DNA from: an uncultured cyanobacterium
GTDB lineage: Bacteria > Cyanobacteriota > Cyanobacteriia > Pseudanabaenales > Pseudanabaenaceae
Direction: 5' to 3'
Assembly: GCA_963703315.1 (NCBI GenBank)
Contig: OY969811.1
Location: 2,816,001 to 2,880,000 of the forward strand
DNA length: 64,000 bases
The position numbers and the translations under genes were made by a program. Below are positions 1 through 8,696 of the stretch, one piece after another (position 1 is the first letter of the stretch; every line of letters begins with the position of its first letter). Below the pieces are notes generated by a model that saw only the letters and a list, made by a program, of their open reading frames with translations, was not told where the DNA came from and ran no database searches.

Positions 1-969
1 GCTTCTAACACATTTGTTAACAACAACTTCCTGACCAATACCTATACTCGCCTCGGCTATGAGCTTGATACAGCCAACTCACTCCAACTGAGTGACTTGT
101 CCTATCGCCACTTAGTCGGCGACAACTTTGCGATCATTGTTGGTGCAGCAGGTATTAGTCCAGCCAGCGTATTTCGTGGTCCTAACCGCTATGAAAGTGC
201 TGGTCAAGGTCCCCTCTCAGCCTTTGCCCAACGCAACCCAATCTTAAATTTCGCAGGACAAGCAGGGGTTGGATTTGACTGGCAAATCAGCGATAACATT
301 AGCTTGCAGGCTGTTTACACCGCAGCCTTAGCCTCTGATCCTCAAAATGGATTAACGGGAGGACCTTTTACCGCAGGTGCTCAACTTGCAATTACCCCTA
401 CCGACAGCATTGACCTCGCACTTTATTACCTCAATTCCTATACCACCAATTCCAGTCTGAATACAGGCATTGGCGATAACTTGCTTGGTCCGATCGCAGG
501 ACGTTTCTCGACTAATGCCTTTGGCGGTACGGTGTCATGGCGCATCTCTCCCCAAATCACCTTTGGTGGATGGGCTGGTTATACCTCCTCTGATGCTAAA
601 GATGCGGGTATTGGTGGCACTGTCACCACATTTAACTGGATGGCATTCTTAAACTTCCCTGATTTGTTTGCTGAAGGTAACTTGGGTGGCATCTATGTTG
701 GTCAGCCTCCTAAGATCACCAGTAGCAATCTCACCTCAGGTGGTGTTCCTGCCTTTAACATTCCCAGTGCGATCGGTTTACCTGGAGTTACATCAGGTGA
801 CTTTGGCGGACAACCTGCTAGCACAACTCATCTGGAGTTATTCTATCGGATGCGTATAAGTGACAACATCAGCATTACCCCAGGACTGTTGTTTATCTTC
901 AATCCTGTCCAGACTGCGGGCAGCGATACGATCACCGTTGGCGCTATCCGTACAACTTTCACATTCTAA
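1..969 (+). CDS. Cyanobacterial outer-membrane porin (OprB/iron-uptake porin family), 5' end outside the window
   Basis: Frame is open from base 1. Beta-barrel-like sequence with the typical C-terminus 'HLELFYRMRISDNISITPG...TITVGAIRTTFTF'. Confidence 0.9.
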   Translation, partial: ASNTFVNNNFLTNTYTRLGYELDTANSLQLSDLSYRHLVGDNFAIIVGAAGISPASVFRGPNRYESAGQGPLSAFAQRNPILNFAGQAGVGFDWQISDNISLQAVYTAALASDPQNGLTGGPFTAGAQLAITPTDSIDLALYYLNSYTTNSSLNTGIGDNLLGPIAGRFSTNAFGGTVSWRISPQITFGGWAGYTSSDAKDAGIGGTVTTFNWMAFLNFPDLFAEGNLGGIYVGQPPKITSSNLTSGGVPAFNIPSAIGLPGVTSGDFGGQPASTTHLELFYRMRISDNISITPGLLFIFNPVQTAGSDTITVGAIRTTFTF

Positions 970-1008
970 GTAACATCTATAGTGTCATGCCAAGCATGAC
1001 ACTTACCC

Positions 1009-1045
1009 AACAAAGGATGTAGTGCTTTGCACCACATCCTTTGTT
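1009..1045. terminator. Inverted repeat downstream of the porin, likely terminator or member of the dispersed hairpin family
   Basis: aacaaaggatgt-agtgctttgcacc-acatcctttgtt followed by T's. A second hairpin (gtgtcatgc-caa-gcatgacac) lies at about 982-1002. Confidence 0.6.
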
Positions 1046-1099
1046 TTACGAAAACTAAAAAACTTTTTTAGTTTTTAAGAAAATATTTTAAAAATTTAG

Positions 1100-1174
1100 G
1101 GAACCATACTTATAGGCTAGCCGTCTAGCATGAAATAAGAGCTGATTGGGAACTAAATCCGAGCTACTCACGTC
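1100..1174 (+). promoter_or_regulatory. Two tandem ECF-sigma-type promoters (GGAAC-N17-CGTC)
   Basis: GGAAC 1100-1104 with CGTC 1122-1125; GGAAC 1149-1153 with CGTC 1171-1174. Both spacers are exactly 17 nt. Confidence 0.6.
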
Positions 1175-1260
1175 CTAGTCGGACTTTTTGATAATTAAAG
1201 CCTCAGTTTCAGCATTAATCAAGTAATCACTAAAAAATACAATCAAGAGGGACAGGAACA

Positions 1261-2700
1261 ATGCTAACTAAAATCAAAAACTACACGTTCAATTTGGGGG
1301 CGATCGCCCTTACCTTAACCGCATCAGCGATCGCGGCAAGTCCATCCCTTGCTCAAACCACTTCAGTACCAATCACAGGGGGGGCTTTTTCAGTCAATGT
1401 GACGAGTGCAGGGGCAGTTACCAATCCTACTGGCGCAGGCATTACCGTCTTAACTCCAGTTGGTACAGCGCAAATTACTGGTCTTACTGGAACCACCGCT
1501 ACAACCACAGCGCTGACAGCAAATGGAGCCTTTGATATTCAAGGTACTTCTACAAAAGGTTCTGTTAATTTTGATGATGGCAGAACTGCAAACTTCACCG
1601 ATGCTAAAAGCACCATTAAGGGTGAAATTTCTACAGTTAATGGAACCACACCTGTCGGTAGTTCAACCGTTTCCGCTTTAACTTCATCGACAACAGTAAC
1701 AGGTTTAATTAAGACAGGTTCTTCGATTGATGTACCGACATCAAGCATTTCTGCTTTACCAGCCGATAAAATTATTGTTCCTATTACAGGTGGTACATTT
1801 GATGTCATCCGTTTTAACAGCACATCAGTTGTCAATGTTAATCCGACAACAGTGCTTACTCCCTATGGCACGGCGCAACTGACTAAGTTTGAATATGCCA
1901 CACTTGACAACTTGAATGGCAAAAGTATCTTTGCTGTTGACGATCAAGTGCATGGCACAGTTACCGCTTCTGGTTCTATTCCTGGAAAAGTTAACACCTT
2001 TACTGATGCAAAGGGTGGTGTTGTTGGTACTGTCACAACTACTTCTGTCAATACTAATGCTTCCGTCAACTTGAAAGGCAATATCACTAGTGGAAATCTA
2101 GTTGTTCCTGCTTCTGCTGCGCCCACTTTACCAACTAATCCAAACAGTGAATCAGTTCTCATTATAGTCAACAATCCTAAGTTGTTGAAGTTAGTTGGTC
2201 TGAGTCCTAAATTCTTGGCTCCTGGTAAATCCAAATTCCTGCTTCTGCTTGTCAACAATGACAGCTTACTGAAATATGTAGAATCTAAGTCTTCAGAAAT
2301 TGAATCTAGCGATCTAACAACTCTAGGTACTAGCAATGCTGTAGACAAGCTTGTTTTTGTCAATTTCGGTAAGAAGAATGCCTACTATTTCAGTGAGGTT
2401 TCTTTCCAATCTCTACTGTCTAATAACACCTCAAACAACACATCCAACAACACATCCAACAACACATCCAACAACACATCCAACAACACATCCAACAATA
2501 CTTCTACGAACACCTCTAATAACACATCCAACAACACTTCTACGAACACATCCAACAACACTTCTACGAACACATCCAACAATACCTCTATCAATACCTC
2601 CAATCAAATTGTGAGGGTTGTTTTTGTTGGGTTACCTAGTCGCTTGATTCCCAACTTTGGAAGAGTTGTCAAGTATGAGCGCCGTGGTAAAGACGACTAA
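1261..2700 (+). CDS. Secreted Thr/Ser/Gly-rich hypothetical protein with an internal duplication and an SNNT repeat
   Basis: Signal peptide ending 'SPSLAQ'. Two copies of 'VPITGG.F.V...TVLTP.GTAQ.T'. RBS-like AGGA upstream. Confidence 0.8.
   Translation: MLTKIKNYTFNLGAIALTLTASAIAASPSLAQTTSVPITGGAFSVNVTSAGAVTNPTGAGITVLTPVGTAQITGLTGTTATTTALTANGAFDIQGTSTKGSVNFDDGRTANFTDAKSTIKGEISTVNGTTPVGSSTVSALTSSTTVTGLIKTGSSIDVPTSSISALPADKIIVPITGGTFDVIRFNSTSVVNVNPTTVLTPYGTAQLTKFEYATLDNLNGKSIFAVDDQVHGTVTASGSIPGKVNTFTDAKGGVVGTVTTTSVNTNASVNLKGNITSGNLVVPASAAPTLPTNPNSESVLIIVNNPKLLKLVGLSPKFLAPGKSKFLLLLVNNDSLLKYVESKSSEIESSDLTTLGTSNAVDKLVFVNFGKKNAYYFSEVSFQSLLSNNTSNNTSNNTSNNTSNNTSNNTSNNTSTNTSNNTSNNTSTNTSNNTSTNTSNNTSINTSNQIVRVVFVGLPSRLIPNFGRVVKYERRGKDD
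2419..2598 (+). repeat. Coding 12-bp tandem repeat, 15 units of S(N/T/I)NT
   Basis: tccaacaacaca-type unit repeated in frame. Confidence 0.95.
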
Positions 2701-2747
2701 CGTCAAGACATCACTCTCGAAAGATAAGCAATTAAAACTTGCCTAAA

Positions 2748-2820
2748 TCAAAAAAGTAAAAGCCTCGCAGTGCGAGGCTTTTACTTTTTTGATAGCGCGG
2801 CGAAGCCGCGCTATCAAAAA
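2748..2820. repeat. Two overlapping perfect hairpins between convergent genes (bidirectional terminator or REP-like)
   Basis: tcaaaaaagtaaaagcctcgca-g-tgcgaggcttttacttttttga and tttttgatagcgcggc-gaa-gccgcgctatcaaaaa. Confidence 0.8.
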
Positions 2821-2832
2821 TCGGTTCTTTTT

Positions 2833-4071
2833 TTAGTTAAGAAACGTAAACTTACCGCTATTACCGTCAGCTTCCATTTTGATTTGAGCTACATAAAATT
2901 GCTTCTGGACAATTTCACCTTCGGGAGTAAAAGAAATCTCACCGATAGGAGTTTCGTATTTACCAGTGAGCAGAGTGTCATTAAGCTGGGTGCGAAGTTG
3001 AGGCAATGCCAGAGTACCGACTTTGGTGGTTTTATCAAGCGTACGAAGAGCTTCGACAAATACTTGTACACCTGTAAAAGCTTGAGCGCTAAACTGAGGT
3101 GGTTCTTTTTTGTTCTGCTCAGTATAGAGTTTGCGGAACTCAGTATTAATCGGATTCTTGAGTTCAGGACTGTAGGCTTGAGCGATGATGATGCCATCAC
3201 AGAGAGCTTTGCATACGGGTAACAGATTAGAAGTATTTAAACCATTTCCGCCGATAATCAGTCCCTTATAACCAAGCTCACGCAACTGTTTGACGAGGTT
3301 GCCACCATCAGCCGACAAGCCTGAGATAATCACCAGATCAGGTTTCACATTAATAGCGTTGGTTACTTGAGATTGGAAATCTGTATCTGTAGTTTGGAAC
3401 GTCTGCACTGTGGCAAGTTCTAACCCTTTTTGCTTGACAGTCTCTTGAAAAGTGCCTGTTTCTGACTTGTTAAAAGCATCATTTTGAGCATAGAAGACTG
3501 CAACTTTCTTAATCTGAGGATTGATTTTTAGTGCTGCATCGATCGCATTGGGAGCAACTACCGCGACAGGAGCCGATACTCGCGCAATGTATTTACCAAT
3601 TTGAGGAATCCCTTTAGCCGTATTTGAGGCGGCAATCACGGGGACACCTGCACGCTCAGCGATCGGATCAGCCCCAAAGGCTTGCTGTGAAAGAGTGGGA
3701 CCAACAATACCAACAACTTTATCTTGAGAAATGAGGGTGTTAAAAGCGTTGATCGCGCCCTGTTCATCACCTGCGGTATCTTGGAAAACCAGACGAATTG
3801 GTGTGCCATTAACGCCACCAAGCTTGTTGAAATAAGCTTCAGCAATTTTTGCCCCTGCTACTCCCTCTTGCCCCAATAGAGCCACATTGCTAGTTTGAGC
3901 AAACGCAATACCGATGGGGATTGCGGTTTGATTACTGCCTGTGGTGGGAGCAGCAGTATTGGTGTTAGGAGTAGTAGGAGTATTGCTGGTTGGTGTGCAA
4001 GCTACAGCTAGGACACAAGCCATAAAAGCCGCGATCGCATAGCCAAATAGATTTTTTATAGTTTTTTGCAT
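2833..4071 (-). CDS. Branched-chain/neutral amino acid ABC transporter substrate-binding lipoprotein (LivK-like)
   Basis: Lipobox 'AVAC'; periplasmic-binding-protein motifs 'GGVNGTPIRLVFQDT' and 'GIVGPTLSQQ'. Confidence 0.9.
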   Translation of the reverse strand: MQKTIKNLFGYAIAAFMACVLAVACTPTSNTPTTPNTNTAAPTTGSNQTAIPIGIAFAQTSNVALLGQEGVAGAKIAEAYFNKLGGVNGTPIRLVFQDTAGDEQGAINAFNTLISQDKVVGIVGPTLSQQAFGADPIAERAGVPVIAASNTAKGIPQIGKYIARVSAPVAVVAPNAIDAALKINPQIKKVAVFYAQNDAFNKSETGTFQETVKQKGLELATVQTFQTTDTDFQSQVTNAINVKPDLVIISGLSADGGNLVKQLRELGYKGLIIGGNGLNTSNLLPVCKALCDGIIIAQAYSPELKNPINTEFRKLYTEQNKKEPPQFSAQAFTGVQVFVEALRTLDKTTKVGTLALPQLRTQLNDTLLTGKYETPIGEISFTPEGEIVQKQFYVAQIKMEADGNSGKFTFLN

Positions 4072-4165
4072 AGACTAATGAGCCTTAAATAAAAATCGCT
4101 AAATTGATCTATAGTTTCTAGCACTTATAACTACAGTCAATCAAGATTTACATGATAATTAATGC

Positions 4166-5638
4166 TTATAAACTACTTTGACGACAAATCTCTAAACGAT
4201 AAAGAACTGGATCTACTAAATTAAATCCTTCCCAAAAAAATAAACTCGGTAAATGTCCACGCGGTGCGGCGATCGCAAAGGTAAGATTTTCATATTTGCG
4301 CCAGACTTTTGGTGAGAAGCCTAAATTTAACCAACGGGGTTTGCGCCAACCGACGCGATCGCTAAACTTCTCATAAATACTTGCAAATTCCCAATAGGTA
4401 GATTCTTCATACATCAATCTACCGCCCAGCCCTTTCCAGATTTGTTGTTGAGCGCTCCAACCAAAACGATGATTACTATTTTGCATCCATGCTTGATCGA
4501 TCGCAATCCAGACATCACAGGGAATTTGATTTATATCTTCAGTGGTTAATTTTGAGATTTTATTTTTATTGGCAAGTTCCAAAATAATTTGATTTGTTAG
4601 GCGATCGCCTTCTTGCCATTGACCAAAACTAAGGACTTCTTGTAATTTTAAAATTTGAGAAGATTGAATTTCACTTACGGTAACAGAGCGAATTTCTAAA
4701 TTAGTCCCTACACTCTTGGCTAAATTAGAAGTTTGCAAGTCACGTAATACTTCATTTGCTGAACGGTAACGATTAATAATTGCTCGCTCTAAAAGATGAT
4801 CGAGAATCCTCGCTAAATGACTAGAAATAGAAGTTGGCAGCTTTTCTCGCCAAATCCAGCGATCGCAAACATCGTCATACAGATCAAAGGGCGAAATCCC
4901 CGTTAATAAATGGATACAAGTCACGCCTAAACTATAAAGATCACTTTGAGGAACTGCTTTGCCACGCGATTGTTCAGGAGCAATATACTCAGCACTTCCG
5001 ATTAGTGTTCCTGTGCGATTGGCAGTATTAGTAGTAAAGGCTTTAGCCGCTCCAAAATCGACTAGAACAAGATTACCCTCACCCCTAGCCCCTCTCCCGT
5101 AGGAGAGAGGAGTAAGATTATTTTTGCGTCGGATAATGTTGTCTGGCTTAATATCTCGATGAATAACTTGGCGATCGTGGATGAACTGAAGCACGGGCAA
5201 AATATCTTCCAATAATTGATAAATTTGAGCTTCATTAAAGATTCCATTTCGCTGCAATTCGTTATAGAGATTCTCACCTTCAATTAGTTCTTGTACTAAA
5301 TATAAACATCTTTCTTCTTCAAAATAGGCAATCAATTCAGGAATCTGGGGGTGTGAACCAAGTTCTTTGAGTTGGGCTGCTTCGCTTTCAAATAAGGCGA
5401 TCGCCTTTACCATTAACTCAGGTTCGCGAAATTGTGGCAAAAACTGCTTAATCGCGCAGGGTTGTCCTAATCGTCCCAAATCTCGCGCTTGGAAAGTCCG
5501 TCCCATTCCTCCCTGTCCAATTAAAGCGATCGCCTCATACAAGCCCTTAAGCTGCAAATTACGACCGCAATTCATGCAAAATCGGCATCCTTCAGGATTG
5601 TTCGGCTTCTGACAGCTAGGGTTGAGGCAGTAGGGCAT
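4166..5638 (-). CDS. Ser/Thr protein kinase with N-terminal 4-Cys zinc ribbon and C-terminal GUN4-like domain
   Basis: MPYCLNPSC..C..CG, GQGGMG, HRDIKPDN, DFG and APE motifs. C-terminal 'RFGWSAQQQIW...FSDRVGWR...APRGHLP' is GUN4-like. Confidence 0.92.
   Translation of the reverse strand: MPYCLNPSCQKPNNPEGCRFCMNCGRNLQLKGLYEAIALIGQGGMGRTFQARDLGRLGQPCAIKQFLPQFREPELMVKAIALFESEAAQLKELGSHPQIPELIAYFEEERCLYLVQELIEGENLYNELQRNGIFNEAQIYQLLEDILPVLQFIHDRQVIHRDIKPDNIIRRKNNLTPLSYGRGARGEGNLVLVDFGAAKAFTTNTANRTGTLIGSAEYIAPEQSRGKAVPQSDLYSLGVTCIHLLTGISPFDLYDDVCDRWIWREKLPTSISSHLARILDHLLERAIINRYRSANEVLRDLQTSNLAKSVGTNLEIRSVTVSEIQSSQILKLQEVLSFGQWQEGDRLTNQIILELANKNKISKLTTEDINQIPCDVWIAIDQAWMQNSNHRFGWSAQQQIWKGLGGRLMYEESTYWEFASIYEKFSDRVGWRKPRWLNLGFSPKVWRKYENLTFAIAAPRGHLPSLFFWEGFNLVDPVLYRLEICRQSSL
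5069..5120. mobile_element. Small CCCTCACCCC/CTCTCCC-GGAGAG palindromic element inserted in frame in the kinase, with a 7-bp direct repeat
   Basis: AAGATTA at 5069-5075 and 5114-5120 flanks ccctcacccctagcccctctcccgtaggagagaggagt. A near-identical core lies at 21833-21867. Confidence 0.8.
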
Positions 5639-5720
5639 ATTTCTGACGATAGATTTACATTTGTTTACATTAAATGTAAAGTTTAGTGAAGCAATCTAAA
5701 AGTTCTGTAGGAAATTAATC

Positions 5721-6032
5721 ATGGTAAGCACACCAACTAAGACAAACGATAACGATACTTCTAAAGCAGTTAACAAAACTGTTGGTATTAATGTAAATCC
5801 TACAGGGGCAGGCACATTTGGCTTTAGTAACTTTGCCGAAACTTGGAATGGTCGTCTAGCGATGATCGGTTTGGTCGCTGGTTTTGCCAATGAAGTTTTG
5901 ACAGGTAAGGGCATTCTCGCTCAAGTTGGCATTACAGGCGGTGTCAGCGTTTTGTTTACACTATTTTTTACTGGTTTCACGGTAGCAACTCTCCTCGGCT
6001 ACTATGCCGTCAAAGCAACTAAAGACGCATAG
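5721..6032 (+). CDS. High-light-inducible / chlorophyll a/b-binding protein (Hli)
   Basis: Motif 'GFSNFAETWNGRLAMIG...NEVLTGKGIL'. Confidence 0.92.
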   Translation: MVSTPTKTNDNDTSKAVNKTVGINVNPTGAGTFGFSNFAETWNGRLAMIGLVAGFANEVLTGKGILAQVGITGGVSVLFTLFFTGFTVATLLGYYAVKATKDA

Positions 6033-6063
6033 TACGCTATTTTTATAAAACTGTTCTTCTTAC

Positions 6064-6100
6064 AAAAGAAAGGCAACACTTTTATGTTGCCTTTCTTTTT
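6064..6100 (+). terminator. Rho-independent terminator after the hli gene
   Basis: aaaagaaaggcaaca-ctttta-tgttgcctttctttt hairpin with a T tail. Confidence 0.7.
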
Positions 6101-6249
6101 TGTATGTTGAGATTTTTTACTAAAGTTATAACGCTTATAAGATTAAATTTAACAGCTATTTCATTTAGTAATGGTTAGTAATCTGCCAATCTCAAAAAAT
6201 AGATGTCACGCATGATAATAGGAGTTAATAAAAACATAGTACTGCTTAA

Positions 6250-7038
6250 CTATTTAATTTCCTGTTTATTTGATCCATTAATTTGTTTTGAAAGATCAGG
6301 AATAGATTTAGGATCAAATCCTAGTCTAATAAAACTGACAGTTTTCATTTGTGTATCGACATAATGAATAAACTGGCTAGGTGTTAATGTCTCAGCAGAA
6401 ATTGTTTGACCTGTTGCTAAATAACTTAAAAACTCATTTCTTAATGCTAAGTAATTGAGATATATTGCTTGGCTAGCTTCAAGGTTATCTTTTTGTTGAA
6501 ATGCTAGAGAGATATTACCGTAGAAAATTAAAATTCCACTTGCCACGATAAATACATTAATAATTGCATTATTAACTCTTTCCCAACCTGACTTACTAAT
6601 AAAGAAAAGGCTAAGAACTGCTATAGCAGTACATGAAACCATCATGGATAGAGAAATATAATATTGCTTATAGAAAAAGCTCATGATTTTTGCGTGTTTC
6701 TCAGATAGTATCTCAATCTGTTTGAGTTGTTCTAGCAATCTGTTTTTTTCAGTTGGTTTAGATTGGCGTATGTTATCGGCAAACTCTAATTTTTCAACGT
6801 TTGTTTTTTCAGGAATATATCCCCAATCTTTCTCCCATAAACTACCAAATAAAAATATTATCAACCACCAAAAAAAAGCAAATGCTATTAGAGAAGATGA
6901 CAAAGCAATATGTCCTGCTATTGTAGGTTGATATCCTTTCTCTTTAGAAATTGCCCACGACAACCATTTAGGAATATGGTGCAGTTCTGTATTTTCTTGA
7001 TCTTGCAACATGACACAACCTCTTGCAACATGAAACAT
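6250..7038 (-). CDS. AT-rich hypothetical membrane protein (3 hydrophobic segments, SLATT-like layout); start may be 7011
   Basis: Long ORF with a TM pair followed by a helical 'YLNYLALRNEFLSYL' segment. Confidence 0.7.
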   Translation of the reverse strand: MFHVARGCVMLQDQENTELHHIPKWLSWAISKEKGYQPTIAGHIALSSSLIAFAFFWWLIIFLFGSLWEKDWGYIPEKTNVEKLEFADNIRQSKPTEKNRLLEQLKQIEILSEKHAKIMSFFYKQYYISLSMMVSCTAIAVLSLFFISKSGWERVNNAIINVFIVASGILIFYGNISLAFQQKDNLEASQAIYLNYLALRNEFLSYLATGQTISAETLTPSQFIHYVDTQMKTVSFIRLGFDPKSIPDLSKQINGSNKQEIK

Positions 7039-7294
7039 CCTTTTTATCGTTAATTTTCAATTAACATATCAGTACTTAATTGAAAATTTAATGATTTAGA
7101 ATATAAACTTATTCTTATCTCTAAGAAAACATAATATCGTTATTTTACAAATAGTTTGTTTTGCGATCACATTTTGTAATACCTAGTAAATTAAGTCTAA
7201 CTCTAGGTTGGAAAACGAGAAGCATAAGTTAATAAGAGGGATAATTTCGTTGAATCTATCTCATTTTTAATGTATGAATTGCTAAATTTATGAG

Positions 7295-7317
7295 TATAAT
7301 TTTGAAAACGATTATCA
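7295..7317 (+). promoter_or_regulatory. -10 box (TATAAT) followed by a Zur/Fur-family 7-1-7 box
   Basis: TATAAT at 7295-7300. TGAAAAC-G-ATTATCA at 7303-7317 versus consensus TGATAAT-N-ATTATCA, 15 nt upstream of a metal ABC ATPase. Confidence 0.6.
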
Positions 7318-7332
7318 TTTCTTGAGCAATTT

Positions 7333-8082
7333 ATGCTTGAAGTGCAGAACCTATCGGTGCGATATCGCGAAGTCACCGCCCTGTCGAATATTTCCTTTAG
7401 CCTTGATTCTGGCTCACTTGTTGGCTTAATTGGTGCTAATGGGGCAGGTAAAAGCACTTTACTCAAAGCCATGCTCGAATTGATTCCTACCCAAAGCGGT
7501 CAAGTCTTTTATAACGAACGACCTCTCAAGCAGCAACGCCAAAAAGTCGCCTATCTCCCACAGCGATCGCAGATTGACTGGGACTATCCTGTGACTGTGT
7601 GGAATGTGGTGATGATGTCGCGCACAATGCATACTGGTTGGCTCGGCAAAACGAGCCGTCAATCTCAGGAAATTGTGCGAGAAGTATTAGAGCGTGTTGA
7701 ACTGTACGAATTACGCGATCGTCCGATTAAAAATCTTTCTGGGGGACAGCAGCAACGGGTATTTCTGGCGCGGGCTTTGGCGCAACAGGCGGATATTTTG
7801 TTATTAGATGAGCCTTTGACTGCCGTTGACAAAAAGACGGAAGCGTTAATGTGGCAAATTTATAATGAATTAAGGCAAGAAGGTAAAACCCTGCTGATTA
7901 GCTGCCATGAATGGGGCGATACCCTCGATCGCTATGACCAGCTATTACTACTCAATCGTCATTTAGTCGCCAGTGGCACACCTCGACAAGTTTTGACGAC
8001 TGCCAATCTTCAGAGTGCCTACGGCGGATCTGTGGAGAGTCGAGAGCATAGCGATCATTCTGAAGAATTACTATTTTGCTAA
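7333..8082 (+). CDS. Zn/Mn ABC transporter ATP-binding protein (ZnuC/MntA-like)
   Basis: GANGAGKST, 'YLPQRSQIDWDYPVTV', [17 protein letters not shown] and LLLDEP motifs. Confidence 0.92.
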   Translation: MLEVQNLSVRYREVTALSNISFSLDSGSLVGLIGANGAGKSTLLKAMLELIPTQSGQVFYNERPLKQQRQKVAYLPQRSQIDWDYPVTVWNVVMMSRTMHTGWLGKTSRQSQEIVREVLERVELYELRDRPIKNLSGGQQQRVFLARALAQQADILLLDEPLTAVDKKTEALMWQIYNELRQEGKTLLISCHEWGDTLDRYDQLLLLNRHLVASGTPRQVLTTANLQSAYGGSVESREHSDHSEELLFC

Positions 8083-8097
8083 ATCCCCTCAAATTAA

Positions 8098-8517
8098 ATG
8101 CTCCAAATTACTAAATACTCAGCGATCGCTCTTGAAGAAATTAGTATTACTGCGATTCGTTCACAGGGTGCTGGTGGTCAAAATGTCAATAAAGTCTCAA
8201 CCGCAATTCATCTGCGTTTTGATATTAATGCTTCTTCCCTTTCGCCTATTTATAAAGAACGGCTACTGAATTTAAGCGATCGGCGCATTACGAAGGATGG
8301 CATCATCATCATCAAGGCGCAACAGCATCGGACGCAGGAGCAAAATAAGGAAGATGCCCTTAAGCGTCTGCAAAGTTTAATCCAAAGTGTGACGGTAGTA
8401 TTGCCTAAGCGCAAACCGACAAAACCTTCACGCAGCGCTCAAAATCGACGAATTGACAATAAGACTAAACGGGGCGAGATTAAGGCATTAAGGGGCAATA
8501 TTAATGATTTAGGATAA
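8098..8517 (+). CDS. arfB: Alternative ribosome rescue peptidyl-tRNA hydrolase ArfB (YaeJ)
   Basis: 'RSQGAGGQNVNKVSTA' GGQ motif and basic C-terminal tail 'KRKPTKPSRSAQNRRIDNKTKRGEIKALRG'. Confidence 0.93.
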   Translation: MLQITKYSAIALEEISITAIRSQGAGGQNVNKVSTAIHLRFDINASSLSPIYKERLLNLSDRRITKDGIIIIKAQQHRTQEQNKEDALKRLQSLIQSVTVVLPKRKPTKPSRSAQNRRIDNKTKRGEIKALRGNINDLG

Positions 8518-8555
8518 ATTCAAGCAAATAGTCTGAGATCAACCAGAGAAAAGTT

Positions 8556-8657
8556 ATGGCTAAGACTTTTACGATTACGCTTCCAGACAATTTGGAAGAA
8601 GAGTTAACGGCTCAAGGATTTCAACAGTTTCATGGGATTGAAATCGCTATACTTTAA
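8556..8657 (+). pseudogene. 33-codon ORF, probable collapsed toxin-antitoxin remnant
   Basis: MAKTFTITLPDNLEEELTAQ resembles an RHH-type antitoxin N-terminus and is joined to GFQQFHGIEIAIL. Confidence 0.35.
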
Positions 8658-8696
8658 ATATTCCATTGCTGTCAGTGCGATCGCATTGTTTGAGCT

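Noticed and set aside
2419..2598. Tandem repeat as a possible CRISPR array
   Set aside because: 12-bp units are contiguous with no spacers and lie in frame within a CDS. No cas genes are in the window.
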